From the NCBI GenBank assembly GCA_016208255.1, contig JACQYK010000085.1:102996-166995 (forward strand): 64,000 bases of DNA, read 5' to 3'. Shown here piece after piece: positions 46,200-54,394 of the stretch; the stretch's first letter is position 1, and each line of letters starts with the position of its first letter. This DNA is from Deltaproteobacteria bacterium (GTDB taxonomy: Bacteria; Desulfobacterota; RBG-13-43-22). Under the pieces are notes generated by a model, which saw only the letters and a program-made list of their open reading frames with translations, did no database searches and had not been told where the DNA came from. Position numbers and translations under genes: made by a program.

Positions 46200-46415
46200 A
46201 TCTGACAGGATTAACATGTAGTTTGCTCAGGGTCCTGAAGACCCTGAGCAACATCGATCCGCTTCCCGCGGAAACTAAGGCTCTTCTCCGCAGGACGGTT
46301 CGGTTTGTGCCTTTCTTCCCCATGCTTTTCTGCGGCCTTCAGGCAGAAAAGTCGAAAGGCACAAAACTCCGGGTAATCCTGTAAATCCTGTCTAATAAAT
46401 ATTTTTAATTTCAAA
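46200..46415 (-). repeat. Structured TIR-closed intergenic element, copy 3 of 3 (inverted orientation)
   Basis: Reverse complement matches copies 1 and 2. The gtgcctttc/gaaaggcac stem is kept around a 37-nt insertion that itself folds (cttttctgc/gcagaaaag). Confidence 0.85.
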
Positions 46416-46517
46416 ACAGGCAGCGGATTTTTGGGGTTAGCGGCGGAAGAAGGCGGTCTTCACCAATCAAAGCCGGTTTTAAATTCACCGGTAAACAAAA
46501 AGTTTGAGCATCTCCCA

Positions 46518-47228
46518 CTAATCACCCTTCAGTTTGATCACTCGAAAGGCTTCTGCATACTTCAGGCCGTGTTTTTTGCCGGTATCCGCTGATCGCTGGC
46601 GGATCATAGCTTCCAGCCCCCGGATGCCGTCGAGTTGGCTGTGATGTTCAGCTAAGGCTTTGATCTTCAAATCCATCGTGCCGGTGATATCGATCCAGGT
46701 ATCGACCAGCGTCAAATCACGCACATAGACCCCGTGTACCTCATGGGCCGGGCCTTCTTCAGGCCATAGCAATTCCATTGAAGCACAGGGAAAGATGGCA
46801 TCGATCGCCGCCAGCGCCGCCGCCCGATGATCGGGATGGTTGATGCGGTTGCCCCAGAACACTTGGTTCGGATCGCCGCAAAAGACAACTTGGGGCTGAT
46901 ATTTTCGAATCAGATAAACAAGTTCACGCCTCAAAGTCAGGTCGGCCACCAGACGGCTGTCTTCGTGGCGCAGGAATTCAACCTGTTGCACGCCAAGCAG
47001 CGCACAGGCGTTGCGCTGCTCCTGTTCCCGCAAAACGGTTAAGGATTCCGGGGAATACTTTAAATCGTGGGTGCCGACATCGCCGCTGGTGCACAGCACA
47101 TAGGTGATTTCGCAACCCTCCCCGGCCCACTTCGCTATTGTGCCGCTGCATGAAAACTCGGTATCATCGGGATGGGCAAAAATCGTCATCGCCGACTTGG
47201 GGATCCATTCACTATCAAACTTTGCCAT
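46518..47228 (-). CDS. PIG-L/LmbE-family N-acetylglucosaminyl deacetylase
   Basis: TIFAHPDDTEFSCSGTI and ..HPDHRA.. motifs. Confidence 0.75.
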   Translation of the reverse strand: MAKFDSEWIPKSAMTIFAHPDDTEFSCSGTIAKWAGEGCEITYVLCTSGDVGTHDLKYSPESLTVLREQEQRNACALLGVQQVEFLRHEDSRLVADLTLRRELVYLIRKYQPQVVFCGDPNQVFWGNRINHPDHRAAALAAIDAIFPCASMELLWPEEGPAHEVHGVYVRDLTLVDTWIDITGTMDLKIKALAEHHSQLDGIRGLEAMIRQRSADTGKKHGLKYAEAFRVIKLKGD

Positions 47229-47324
47229 GAGATCTCAATTCCTTTTACTCCTTATCGCAATCCAGGGATATAAACCATTTTCGATACACCGATCATAGGA
47301 GAAGCTCTGACTGAATCTCTCCCA

Positions 47325-48047
47325 CTATTCCTCCTCTTTTTCCATTTCCACCCTTTTTACACGGGGAGGATTCCAGCCGACCACTGAGCCGGATTTAATC
47401 TTTGACAAATAGGGGGAAAGGGTAGTGCCGGGGAGGGTCCGGACATTATCCTCGATCTTGATCGGACCGATCCCTGTCCCGGCCCCTATCGTGCAATTAT
47501 TTCCGATTTCAATCAATCCGAACCGAAATTTTCCCGATCCTTCATAGCCATGGACGGTCAGACGGCTGAAGGCCCCCAACAAAGTGTTTTCACCAATGAA
47601 AATAAGTTCAGGGCGGAAATGATCCAACCAGACCATCTGCATGATCTCCGTGCCTTTTCCGATATGGACACCCATCCAGCGAAAAAATTTATTTTTACCC
47701 GGGGTCCCCTTCAAGAAAAAGGAAATTCCTGTCAGAAAGAGCAACAGGATCCTCCTGGGCAAGGGAAGATTGAGGGTCCGCCAATTGACGGCGGTTGGTT
47801 CTTCCTGAGAACCCAGGCCGTAAATGGTGTAATGCCTCCGCACGGGAGATAAAAATTTTTCCAGATTTTCTTTACCTTCACGGGTCTTGCGATTCATTGT
47901 TTGGACATCGATCCCCTTCCCGCCGGAGGTTTTACTGATGTAGATAGACCGGTTCTTTTGGGCCCCCATCTTTATGGCCCGTCCGATAATTTCGGCGGTG
48001 ACCATTCTCATGACTTCTTCAGGGGTCTTGTTACGATATTTTCTCAT
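47325..48047 (-). CDS. Left-handed beta-helix (hexapeptide-repeat) acyltransferase-like protein
   Basis: C-terminal hexapeptide-like repeats (IGENTLLGA.., IGNNCTIGAGTGIGPIKIEDNV..). N-terminal half unassigned. Confidence 0.5.
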   Translation of the reverse strand: MRKYRNKTPEEVMRMVTAEIIGRAIKMGAQKNRSIYISKTSGGKGIDVQTMNRKTREGKENLEKFLSPVRRHYTIYGLGSQEEPTAVNWRTLNLPLPRRILLLFLTGISFFLKGTPGKNKFFRWMGVHIGKGTEIMQMVWLDHFRPELIFIGENTLLGAFSRLTVHGYEGSGKFRFGLIEIGNNCTIGAGTGIGPIKIEDNVRTLPGTTLSPYLSKIKSGSVVGWNPPRVKRVEMEKEEE

Positions 48048-48113
48048 TCAGGCCTGCCGGTTGGATTCTAAAATTATAACGATGAAAATTTATCTCTGAC
48101 TTTTTTTGTGCAA

Positions 48114-48329
48114 GGTCATAGGGGGTCTTGTTTTTTGAGGTTGTCCACTAATAAGCCATGAGCTTCTTTACCGGGCAAAAACTCGAACATAAATCCGAGA
48201 GCAGGCCTTCACCATTGATTGAAACAGGCTTTGGCGAATGCCCTGCTTCTGATCAACTTAGCTTTTGGGCCAGGATGGGGCGATGAATCGCCTTTTGGAC
48301 AACCTCAAAAAACAAGACCCCCTATGACC
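48114..48329. repeat. 34-bp perfect inverted repeat flanking a 148-bp segment
   Basis: ggtcatagggggtcttgttttttgaggttgtcca (48114-48147) and its exact reverse complement (48296-48329). Confidence 0.9.
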
Positions 48330-48524
48330 ATCCCAATTTCAAATAGATTTGGTTAGAATTCATGGGAAACTGAAAGATATTTCTCCAAAATATCCCTCTA
48401 CCCTTTTCCGGTTGTTCAAAGAGGAAGGGATTCTCAAGAATTACCCGGACCGGTTCTTTTCCAAATATCAGTCCGGGTTGCCCGGGTCTTAATGCCTGCC
48501 TTCCTTGATTTAGGCACTTCGAAG

Positions 48525-48962
48525 TTAATTGGCCTTCAACTCCGAAGTACAACTGGGACATCGGGTGGCTTTGATCGGGATTTCGGAAAAACAATAGGGG
48601 CAATCTTTGGAGGTCGGCACAGCCGGTTCCGGTTCCTTTTTCAGCCTGTTGATTTGCCGGATCATCATGAAGATGACAAAGGCCACGATTAAAAAATCAA
48701 CAACGGTATTGAGAAAACTGCCGTAGTTAAGAGTCACTACTCCGGCTTTTTTGGCCTCTTCCAGGGTGGCAAAGGATTGGCTGGAAAGGGAGATAAAAAG
48801 TTTGCTGAAATCCACCTTACCCAAAAGCAGGCCGATCGGAGGCATCAAAACATCATTGACAAATGAGGTTATAATCTTGCCAAAGGCCGCTCCGATAATG
48901 ATACCCACGGCCATGTCCATCACGTTTCCCCTCATGGCAAATTCCTTAAACTCTTTCCACAT
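48525..48962 (-). CDS. mscL: Large-conductance mechanosensitive channel MscL with C-terminal Zn-ribbon extension
   Basis: [30 protein letters not shown].. plus a CPYC..CPSC tail. Confidence 0.85.
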   Translation of the reverse strand: MWKEFKEFAMRGNVMDMAVGIIIGAAFGKIITSFVNDVLMPPIGLLLGKVDFSKLFISLSSQSFATLEEAKKAGVVTLNYGSFLNTVVDFLIVAFVIFMMIRQINRLKKEPEPAVPTSKDCPYCFSEIPIKATRCPSCTSELKAN

Positions 48963-49093
48963 GATAACCCTCCTTTCCAAATTTAACGGTTAACTGCCCT
49001 GCTCCGGTTCGGTAAAGTTGCCCTCCTATTTCCGATCAAAAAGTTCTTTCAAGACCATATCCACAATGCTTTTGCCATATAACTTACTGTCTG

Positions 49094-49642
49094 TCAAATC
49101 AACCCGGGGATGAACATCTTGGTGGTCTTTCGGTAGCGGGAATATTCCTCTCCGAATCTGGAAAAGTTTTCTTTTTCTTCCGCCTTGGCGGTGGCTACCA
49201 GAAAGGCCGATATCCCCAGGGCCAAGGCCCCGCTGAACCAAGTCATATGTTTGAAAAAGATCCCCCAAGCCAGCAATAACAGGGAGGCGTAAAGGGGATG
49301 ACGAATATATCGATAAGCTCCCATAGTCACTAAATGAGTGGTGTTTTCAAATCCCAGGTCGGACGATCCTTGAAAAGCGGCCTGGGGTTTCCCGATTACC
49401 CGGAGCAGATAAAATCCGTGGATGGCCAGAAGGAGGGAGACCGCCAATAAAAACCAGGAAATCAATTGGGGAAAGGAAAGACGATCTTCGAACCAATACC
49501 CCACGTTGTTCAATAAAAGGATCAGTATCAACTCAAGAGCAAAAAAGCGGTAGAAACCGTGGGACTGAGGTTTGGGCAAGGATTTCCAGGAAAATAAAAC
49601 AATCCCCAAAGAAGCCAATACAAAAACAATCCATTTTATCAA
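49094..49642 (-). CDS. Isoprenylcysteine carboxyl methyltransferase (ICMT)/phospholipid methyltransferase-family membrane protein
   Basis: ..GAYRYIRHPLYASLLLLAWG.. motif and multiple TM segments. Confidence 0.55.
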   Translation of the reverse strand: MIKWIVFVLASLGIVLFSWKSLPKPQSHGFYRFFALELILILLLNNVGYWFEDRLSFPQLISWFLLAVSLLLAIHGFYLLRVIGKPQAAFQGSSDLGFENTTHLVTMGAYRYIRHPLYASLLLLAWGIFFKHMTWFSGALALGISAFLVATAKAEEKENFSRFGEEYSRYRKTTKMFIPGLI

Positions 49643-49952
49643 TATCGGCCCTTCCTCAATTGATTAATGCCTCATTTCTTAAGGTATCCTATCATCGAAT
49701 TCTCTTTAATTTCCTTAGAGATAGGAGCGAAAAAGCCGTCGGGGGTTTTTGAACAAAGAAACTATATTATTTCAAAAATCCCCTATTGATTTTTAAACAA
49801 TTATATCATGATTTTCGAATTCTCACCAGAATTTCCTGACGGCGGCTTCCAGATAACGTTAAAGATCTCAAAGAAGGGCCTCAAGCACTCTGTTATCTAT
49901 CTGTTGCCGCATACATTGAGAAAGAAAATAGGGAAGTGTCCCTCGTTTCCCC

Positions 49953-50609
49953 TCAGCTGATATCGTAAATGGTTTTAAAAGCATAATACAATGATATAAA
50001 CCCAAACATTATTAAGCAAAGATTTGAAAGAAGAATCAGCCATTTTTTTAATGGATCGTTTATTTTCTTTTTTAATTTACTAACAATAAAAATAAGTGGA
50101 ACAAACCAAATAAACACTCCGACCATAATGAATGATACCGTTAAGATCCCATAATTTCTATAATTTGGAAAATTATGATTCCAAATTAAGAAGAAATTCC
50201 CGGCCACAACAATCCAACCCACTATGGTCAAAGGATTAGATAAGGTGATTACAATCCCGGAAATGAATGTGGCCAGAGGATTAGATTGAAACCCCGGTTT
50301 ATTTTCTTCGATCCCCTGGTTCTTTCTTATTGAATTTATCGATGACACTCCAAGAACGATCAAAATGATTCCGCAGACAACCCAAAGCGCGATTTTTAGA
50401 TATGGATTATTTGAAATGAGATTGGCCACCCCAAGATAAACCAGAGTGATATAAAAGATATCCGACAGACAGGATCCCAAAGTGAAAATGGCGCTGTTTC
50501 TAAATCCATATTGAAGCGCTCTTTGACAAGCTACAATAGTAACTGCGCCCGGAGGAACCGCAACAACGAACCCTAAAAAAACTGCTGATACTAAATATTC
50601 AAGTGGCAT
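49953..50609 (-). CDS. LysE/RhtB-type exporter-like membrane protein
   Basis: 218 aa with six hydrophobic segments and a ..VPPGAVTIV.. N-terminal motif. AT-rich codon usage. Confidence 0.5.
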   Translation of the reverse strand: MPLEYLVSAVFLGFVVAVPPGAVTIVACQRALQYGFRNSAIFTLGSCLSDIFYITLVYLGVANLISNNPYLKIALWVVCGIILIVLGVSSINSIRKNQGIEENKPGFQSNPLATFISGIVITLSNPLTIVGWIVVAGNFFLIWNHNFPNYRNYGILTVSFIMVGVFIWFVPLIFIVSKLKKKINDPLKKWLILLSNLCLIMFGFISLYYAFKTIYDIS

Positions 50610-50763
50610 CTTTACTCAAATCCATTTTCGCCCTTTCGCAGAAAAATGGGTGACCCCAGTGATTCCTGTAGTTTTTGTTCGGGCTTAACGAGTACCGGAC
50701 AAAATCATTAATTGAAAGATATCCTGGGCAAGTTGTTATTTCATGGATGTCTCCAATTCCACC

Positions 50764-50782
50764 TTTGAACTGGAATCCACCT
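50764..50782. repeat. Y' half of the split 52-bp unit (reverse complement of 14349-14367)
   Basis: tttgaactggaatccacct is an exact 19-nt match. A 20-nt inverted-repeat arm gttgttatttcatggatgtc lies at 50732-50751. Confidence 0.85.
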
Positions 50783-50893
50783 CCATCACCTTAGCAAGAT
50801 CGAATGAAGGGGAATGAAGAGATAAAAAAGTTATGCAACATAGAAACTGCGTCCTCCTTTACGCCGATTGACTGCAGTGGCTCTTTGGACGAT

Positions 50894-51502
50894 TCATATC
50901 CATCCTTTTGTGTGTTTGGCATAGTTGTACTCGTCAATGAGCTTTAACAGAGTTTTCCCGCCGGATGAAGCCTGTGATCCAATCTGTTGGGCCAAGTTCT
51001 GCATCTTGTAGGAGAAGGAGAGATATTTGTCACAAGGGTGGGGGTTGTAATAAGAATCGTATGCCCGTGCTATCTTGTCGTCCCACAACGTGAAGAACGC
51101 TGGCCCGAGAAGGTGTAACGCCTTTGACACAGCAACAGGACTTTTCCTACCTTTCATCTTGCCGTCAGCAATTTGCAAGGCCTCAAGAAGCTCCTCGAAT
51201 AATTCCTTGATGACGGGCTCATCAGAGGTGCTAAGTGTCAAGATGTCTCTATCATGAAAACCTTCAATTGCAGTGAAGTTGGACTCAATAGTTCGTTCGA
51301 GTTTGTCGAAATCGAAGGGGCCATACCGATAGAAAGCTTGGTTCCATGTAAGAAGAAGGACTCCCATACCATCAGCCATGTCTGCTGGCTTGCCCCAAAA
51401 GTGATTGACAAGAAAGATGGCAGTTTTGTACATTGCATCCCTTCGTTCACGTCGTTGGAATTCCCCATACCCATTTACAAATTCATGAAGAGATATTGAC
51501 AT
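50894..51502 (-). CDS. Hypothetical protein (defence-island module 1, distal gene)
   Basis: 202 aa from the ATG at 51502 (GGAG 9 nt upstream). No recognised motif. Confidence 0.5.
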   Translation of the reverse strand: MSISLHEFVNGYGEFQRRERRDAMYKTAIFLVNHFWGKPADMADGMGVLLLTWNQAFYRYGPFDFDKLERTIESNFTAIEGFHDRDILTLSTSDEPVIKELFEELLEALQIADGKMKGRKSPVAVSKALHLLGPAFFTLWDDKIARAYDSYYNPHPCDKYLSFSYKMQNLAQQIGSQASSGGKTLLKLIDEYNYAKHTKGWI

Positions 51503-51773
51503 TCGATTCACTCCATAGGTCCAACATCTGCGTCAGCGGGAGACGGCAGTTTCGGCGATCCGCTACATGGGGCTAGCCGGTAATCCGCTCTGTATCAACA
51601 ATGAACTTACGGATTGCCTTGCCTGCTTCCGCGTCCAACCCAAACATCGTTTGCATAAACCTGTAGTCAACACCCGTGGCCCTCTTTATATCAGCAGCGA
51701 TCATCGGCGGGTCAATATTCCGGAAATCAGGAAGCTTCATGAAGTATTCTTCGTCAGGATGTTCAGGCTTGCC

Positions 51774-52583
51774 TTAGTATGGGGCCTTAACCAGCTTTCC
51801 ATTAGCTTTGCCCATTGCTACTATTCCCACCCTTGACTGATAAAGATACACGACGTCACCTTTTGCAAGGCGCTCAATCTTATATTTCCATGGGTCGAAA
51901 TAAGCAGCGGCCTTATGATTTGCGAGCATATCGCCGTGGTCTGTTTCGTCATTGCTGATGTTTGTATTGAGAATGTAGTAGCCCTCTGCAATGTCTTCAT
52001 ATGGGTTGTCCTCAACACGGAATGCCGACATTTCCAATAGGATTTCATTCGGTTGACCCTCGTAAACCCGGTAGACCCAAGGCCGAATATCAAGCCCACA
52101 GGATCGCCAGTATTGGATTGCCTCACGTGTTTTGTAGTCAAGACCGTTCGTCATCACAACAAACATTTGTTTTCCGTTGAATGCTTCTTCGTCGAGGTCC
52201 GTACCGAACTTGGCAGCGTGTGCAATCTTTAGTGACTGGGAAGGATCCGTCGCTTTCTTATACCAAGCGTCAAGATCGCCGTATTTGGAGGGGCCGTACA
52301 ACTGCGCGTAACGGAGCACCTGAAGAAGATTAGACGGATGCGATTCCCATGCCTTCAACTCAAATATGTAGAGGTAACCGTTTTTGTCCACTGCCATTAA
52401 GTCAGGCTCTTCCTGCCAGCGGCGAGACTGCATGAGAAGGATCAACTCATCATCGGGGAATAGCCGGTCCAAAGTCCTAAAAAGAATGTCCTGCAAACCA
52501 CGCTCGTCAAGACCCATTGCTTTTAGCTTTGATCCCGTTTTCTTTTGGGTTAAACGATTGCTCTTATCAATGCTCAGCAGCAT
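51774..52583 (-). CDS. PD-(D/E)XK nuclease-like protein with C-terminal PUA/EVE-like region (possibly truncated by TAA)
   Basis: ..EEPDLMAVDKNGYLYIFELKAWES.. (D-x14-ExK) preceded by ..GLDERGLQDILF... The C-terminal ..GDVVYLYQSRVGIVAMGKA.. resembles EVE/ASCH-type folds. SD AAGGAG upstream. Confidence 0.6.
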   Translation of the reverse strand: MLLSIDKSNRLTQKKTGSKLKAMGLDERGLQDILFRTLDRLFPDDELILLMQSRRWQEEPDLMAVDKNGYLYIFELKAWESHPSNLLQVLRYAQLYGPSKYGDLDAWYKKATDPSQSLKIAHAAKFGTDLDEEAFNGKQMFVVMTNGLDYKTREAIQYWRSCGLDIRPWVYRVYEGQPNEILLEMSAFRVEDNPYEDIAEGYYILNTNISNDETDHGDMLANHKAAAYFDPWKYKIERLAKGDVVYLYQSRVGIVAMGKANGKLVKAPY

Positions 52584-52594
52584 CTTTGCTCCTT

Positions 52595-52678
52595 AAGGCT
52601 AAAAAGTTATTCTATGGTTTCTGCAAAACTCCACAATCCGGGGATTTTCTTTAAGTTTCTATAAAATGACGATCCGGA
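52595..52678 (-). repeat. ~85-bp promoter-like repeat D1 (partner D2 at 55818-55900)
   Basis: The core gttattctatggtttctgcaaaactccaca matches D2 at 28/30. On the minus strand it reads TTGTGG-17-TAGAAT and ends at the SD of the 51774-52583 gene. Confidence 0.8.
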
Positions 52679-52895
52679 GAGAAATAAAGGACGTCCATGA
52701 AATAACAACCTCAGCCAAATAACATTTTAAGTCTCTAAATATCTTTCTGCGCTCAATCCCTCTCTCATGGTACAGTAATAAAGGAGACGTCCCCTTTATT
52801 ATTGTATTATTGAAGAACCAACGTTCTCACTTTTTTCATAAGCCCCAGACTGTAGCTGGTCGGGTGAATGACGATGTTGGGCAATATCCTGTCTA

Positions 52896-53759
52896 TTAAT
52901 TCTCCTCATCGTCATCTCGGTACTCTGCCAGATTTAAATATGAGTAATTTCGCTGATTAAGCAATAAATTTTGGAAGGCATCATGTGCATGTGACACGTT
53001 TGGATGATTTAACCAGCCATGAGCTAATTCTGGTTTTCCTTTAGCGAGTTCAGAATGCGACAATGCATGCATTGGTACAGGCCAAGTACCTCCTTTACCT
53101 GTTCGTACAAGATATTTAACGCTACTTGCAGTTCCCGAAAGCCAATCAAGGGTATGGATCCGCATGAACATTCTATGATCATGTGCCAAACGTCTAAGTT
53201 TTCTTTTTGTATCATTTGTAAGATGAGACCGCCTACCAATAAAAACGAACCCAAGAGGGTACTCAATCAGTGGCATTAGTTTTCGAACGTAGTTTAAATT
53301 TTCATGAATCCATGTGTGCCAATCCCGAACTTGTTGAATTGCATGGGTCAAATCTGATGTAGGATCTCCGGATTTGGTAAACAACTTTTTGGCGGGAGCT
53401 TCAATCTCTATTAAATACCACTCAGGTCCAAAGCTCCCTGTATCGAAACAGGCAAAATCAACTTCATACTCAGCCCCGAGTTTAACCTTAGAATAAATTG
53501 GCGACTCCCCATATAATCTTAGGATACCGTTGAAAAAATAGCTGTGTGAAGCAAGAAAATCGTGAACATTTTGCTCAGAGCTTTCATTGTCGAGAAGGCT
53601 TTGATATTCTTTTATGTCCTGATCAATTTTTTTTTCGGTGAGGGCTTTAACTAAAGGATCAATAAGTAATGGAGGTGGTTTCTCAAGTTCAATTTTCATT
53701 TTTTTGTCCCCCAGTGTCAGAAGTGAAATATTATTCGAAATCCAGTTCGTTGGATTCAT
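52896..53759 (-). CDS. Shedu-like nuclease (DUF4263/SduA-type PD-(D/E)XK domain)
   Basis: ..EQNVHDFLASHSYFF.., ..EYEVDFACFD..(n)..WYLIEIEAPAKKLFTK..(n)..LTHAIQQVRDW.. and ..FVFIGRRS.. are the typical DUF4263 order. Alternative start at 53699. Confidence 0.65.
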   Translation of the reverse strand: MNPTNWISNNISLLTLGDKKMKIELEKPPPLLIDPLVKALTEKKIDQDIKEYQSLLDNESSEQNVHDFLASHSYFFNGILRLYGESPIYSKVKLGAEYEVDFACFDTGSFGPEWYLIEIEAPAKKLFTKSGDPTSDLTHAIQQVRDWHTWIHENLNYVRKLMPLIEYPLGFVFIGRRSHLTNDTKRKLRRLAHDHRMFMRIHTLDWLSGTASSVKYLVRTGKGGTWPVPMHALSHSELAKGKPELAHGWLNHPNVSHAHDAFQNLLLNQRNYSYLNLAEYRDDDEEN

Positions 53760-53816
53760 TTCGCTCCATTCGGCATCACCGGGAGCCGGATTTATTGGCG
53801 CTCCGGTATGCCGTGG

Positions 53817-54394
53817 TTATGCAAGCTCTTTTGCATCTTCATAGAGAAGGAAGACTTCATGCCAATCCGGGAATCCCTTGAGGCGAAAAAGGCCTAACCG
53901 CCTTGAATTAAGACGATATCCCCGTCTTTTCAGGATTTCGTTAACGGGTTCGCTACATAGAATGTAGTCGCGCAGTGGTAGCTGATCTGGAGGCAGTGCA
54001 TCAATGGCTTCGTGCATGGACTCTCGGTTTATTGCTTCCAGTCTGAAAGTATAAGCGACATATGGGCCTTCCCTATCGTTCTCCACCACATCGACTTGCC
54101 CAAAATGAACAGCAATCCTGACGCTGATCGTCCGCTCCTCTCGTTTCCATATGCCAGAAGGTATCCGTCGCCCGTGCTTTTCGTGCACAGGAGATTGTGG
54201 TTAGCACCTATGTTCTGAACGGCCCTCCTTAGGTCGCGCATCAGCCCCCGGCCAACGGCGTACCAACCAAAAAGGTTGCTCGTGAGGGTCGATTCGACCA
54301 CATCCACCACGACTATCGCTTCTGAGGCAATAATAACCCCACCTTCCGATTTCCGTCCCGATTTCAGGATAAGTGATATGCTTCTCTCACTCAT
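53817..54394 (-). pseudogene. Stand-alone class III nucleotidyl cyclase-homology protein, reading frame broken near 54150
   Basis: ORF 54029-54394 carries ..VVVVDVVESTLTS.. and ..STGDGYLLAY... ORF 53817-54188, in another frame, carries ..VRIAVHFGQVDV.., ..YVAYTFRLEA.. and ..LFRLKGF... The linker between them is about 18 aa shorter than in the neighbouring cyclase. Confidence 0.55.

Noticed and set aside
49923-49943. Possible third, degenerate copy of the X' motif (aaaatagggaagtgtccc) just 3' of the LysE-like gene
   Set aside because: Only the first 10 nt are identical and the rest needs a gap and several mismatches. That is too weak to call without a genome-wide model, although it would extend the island border if real.
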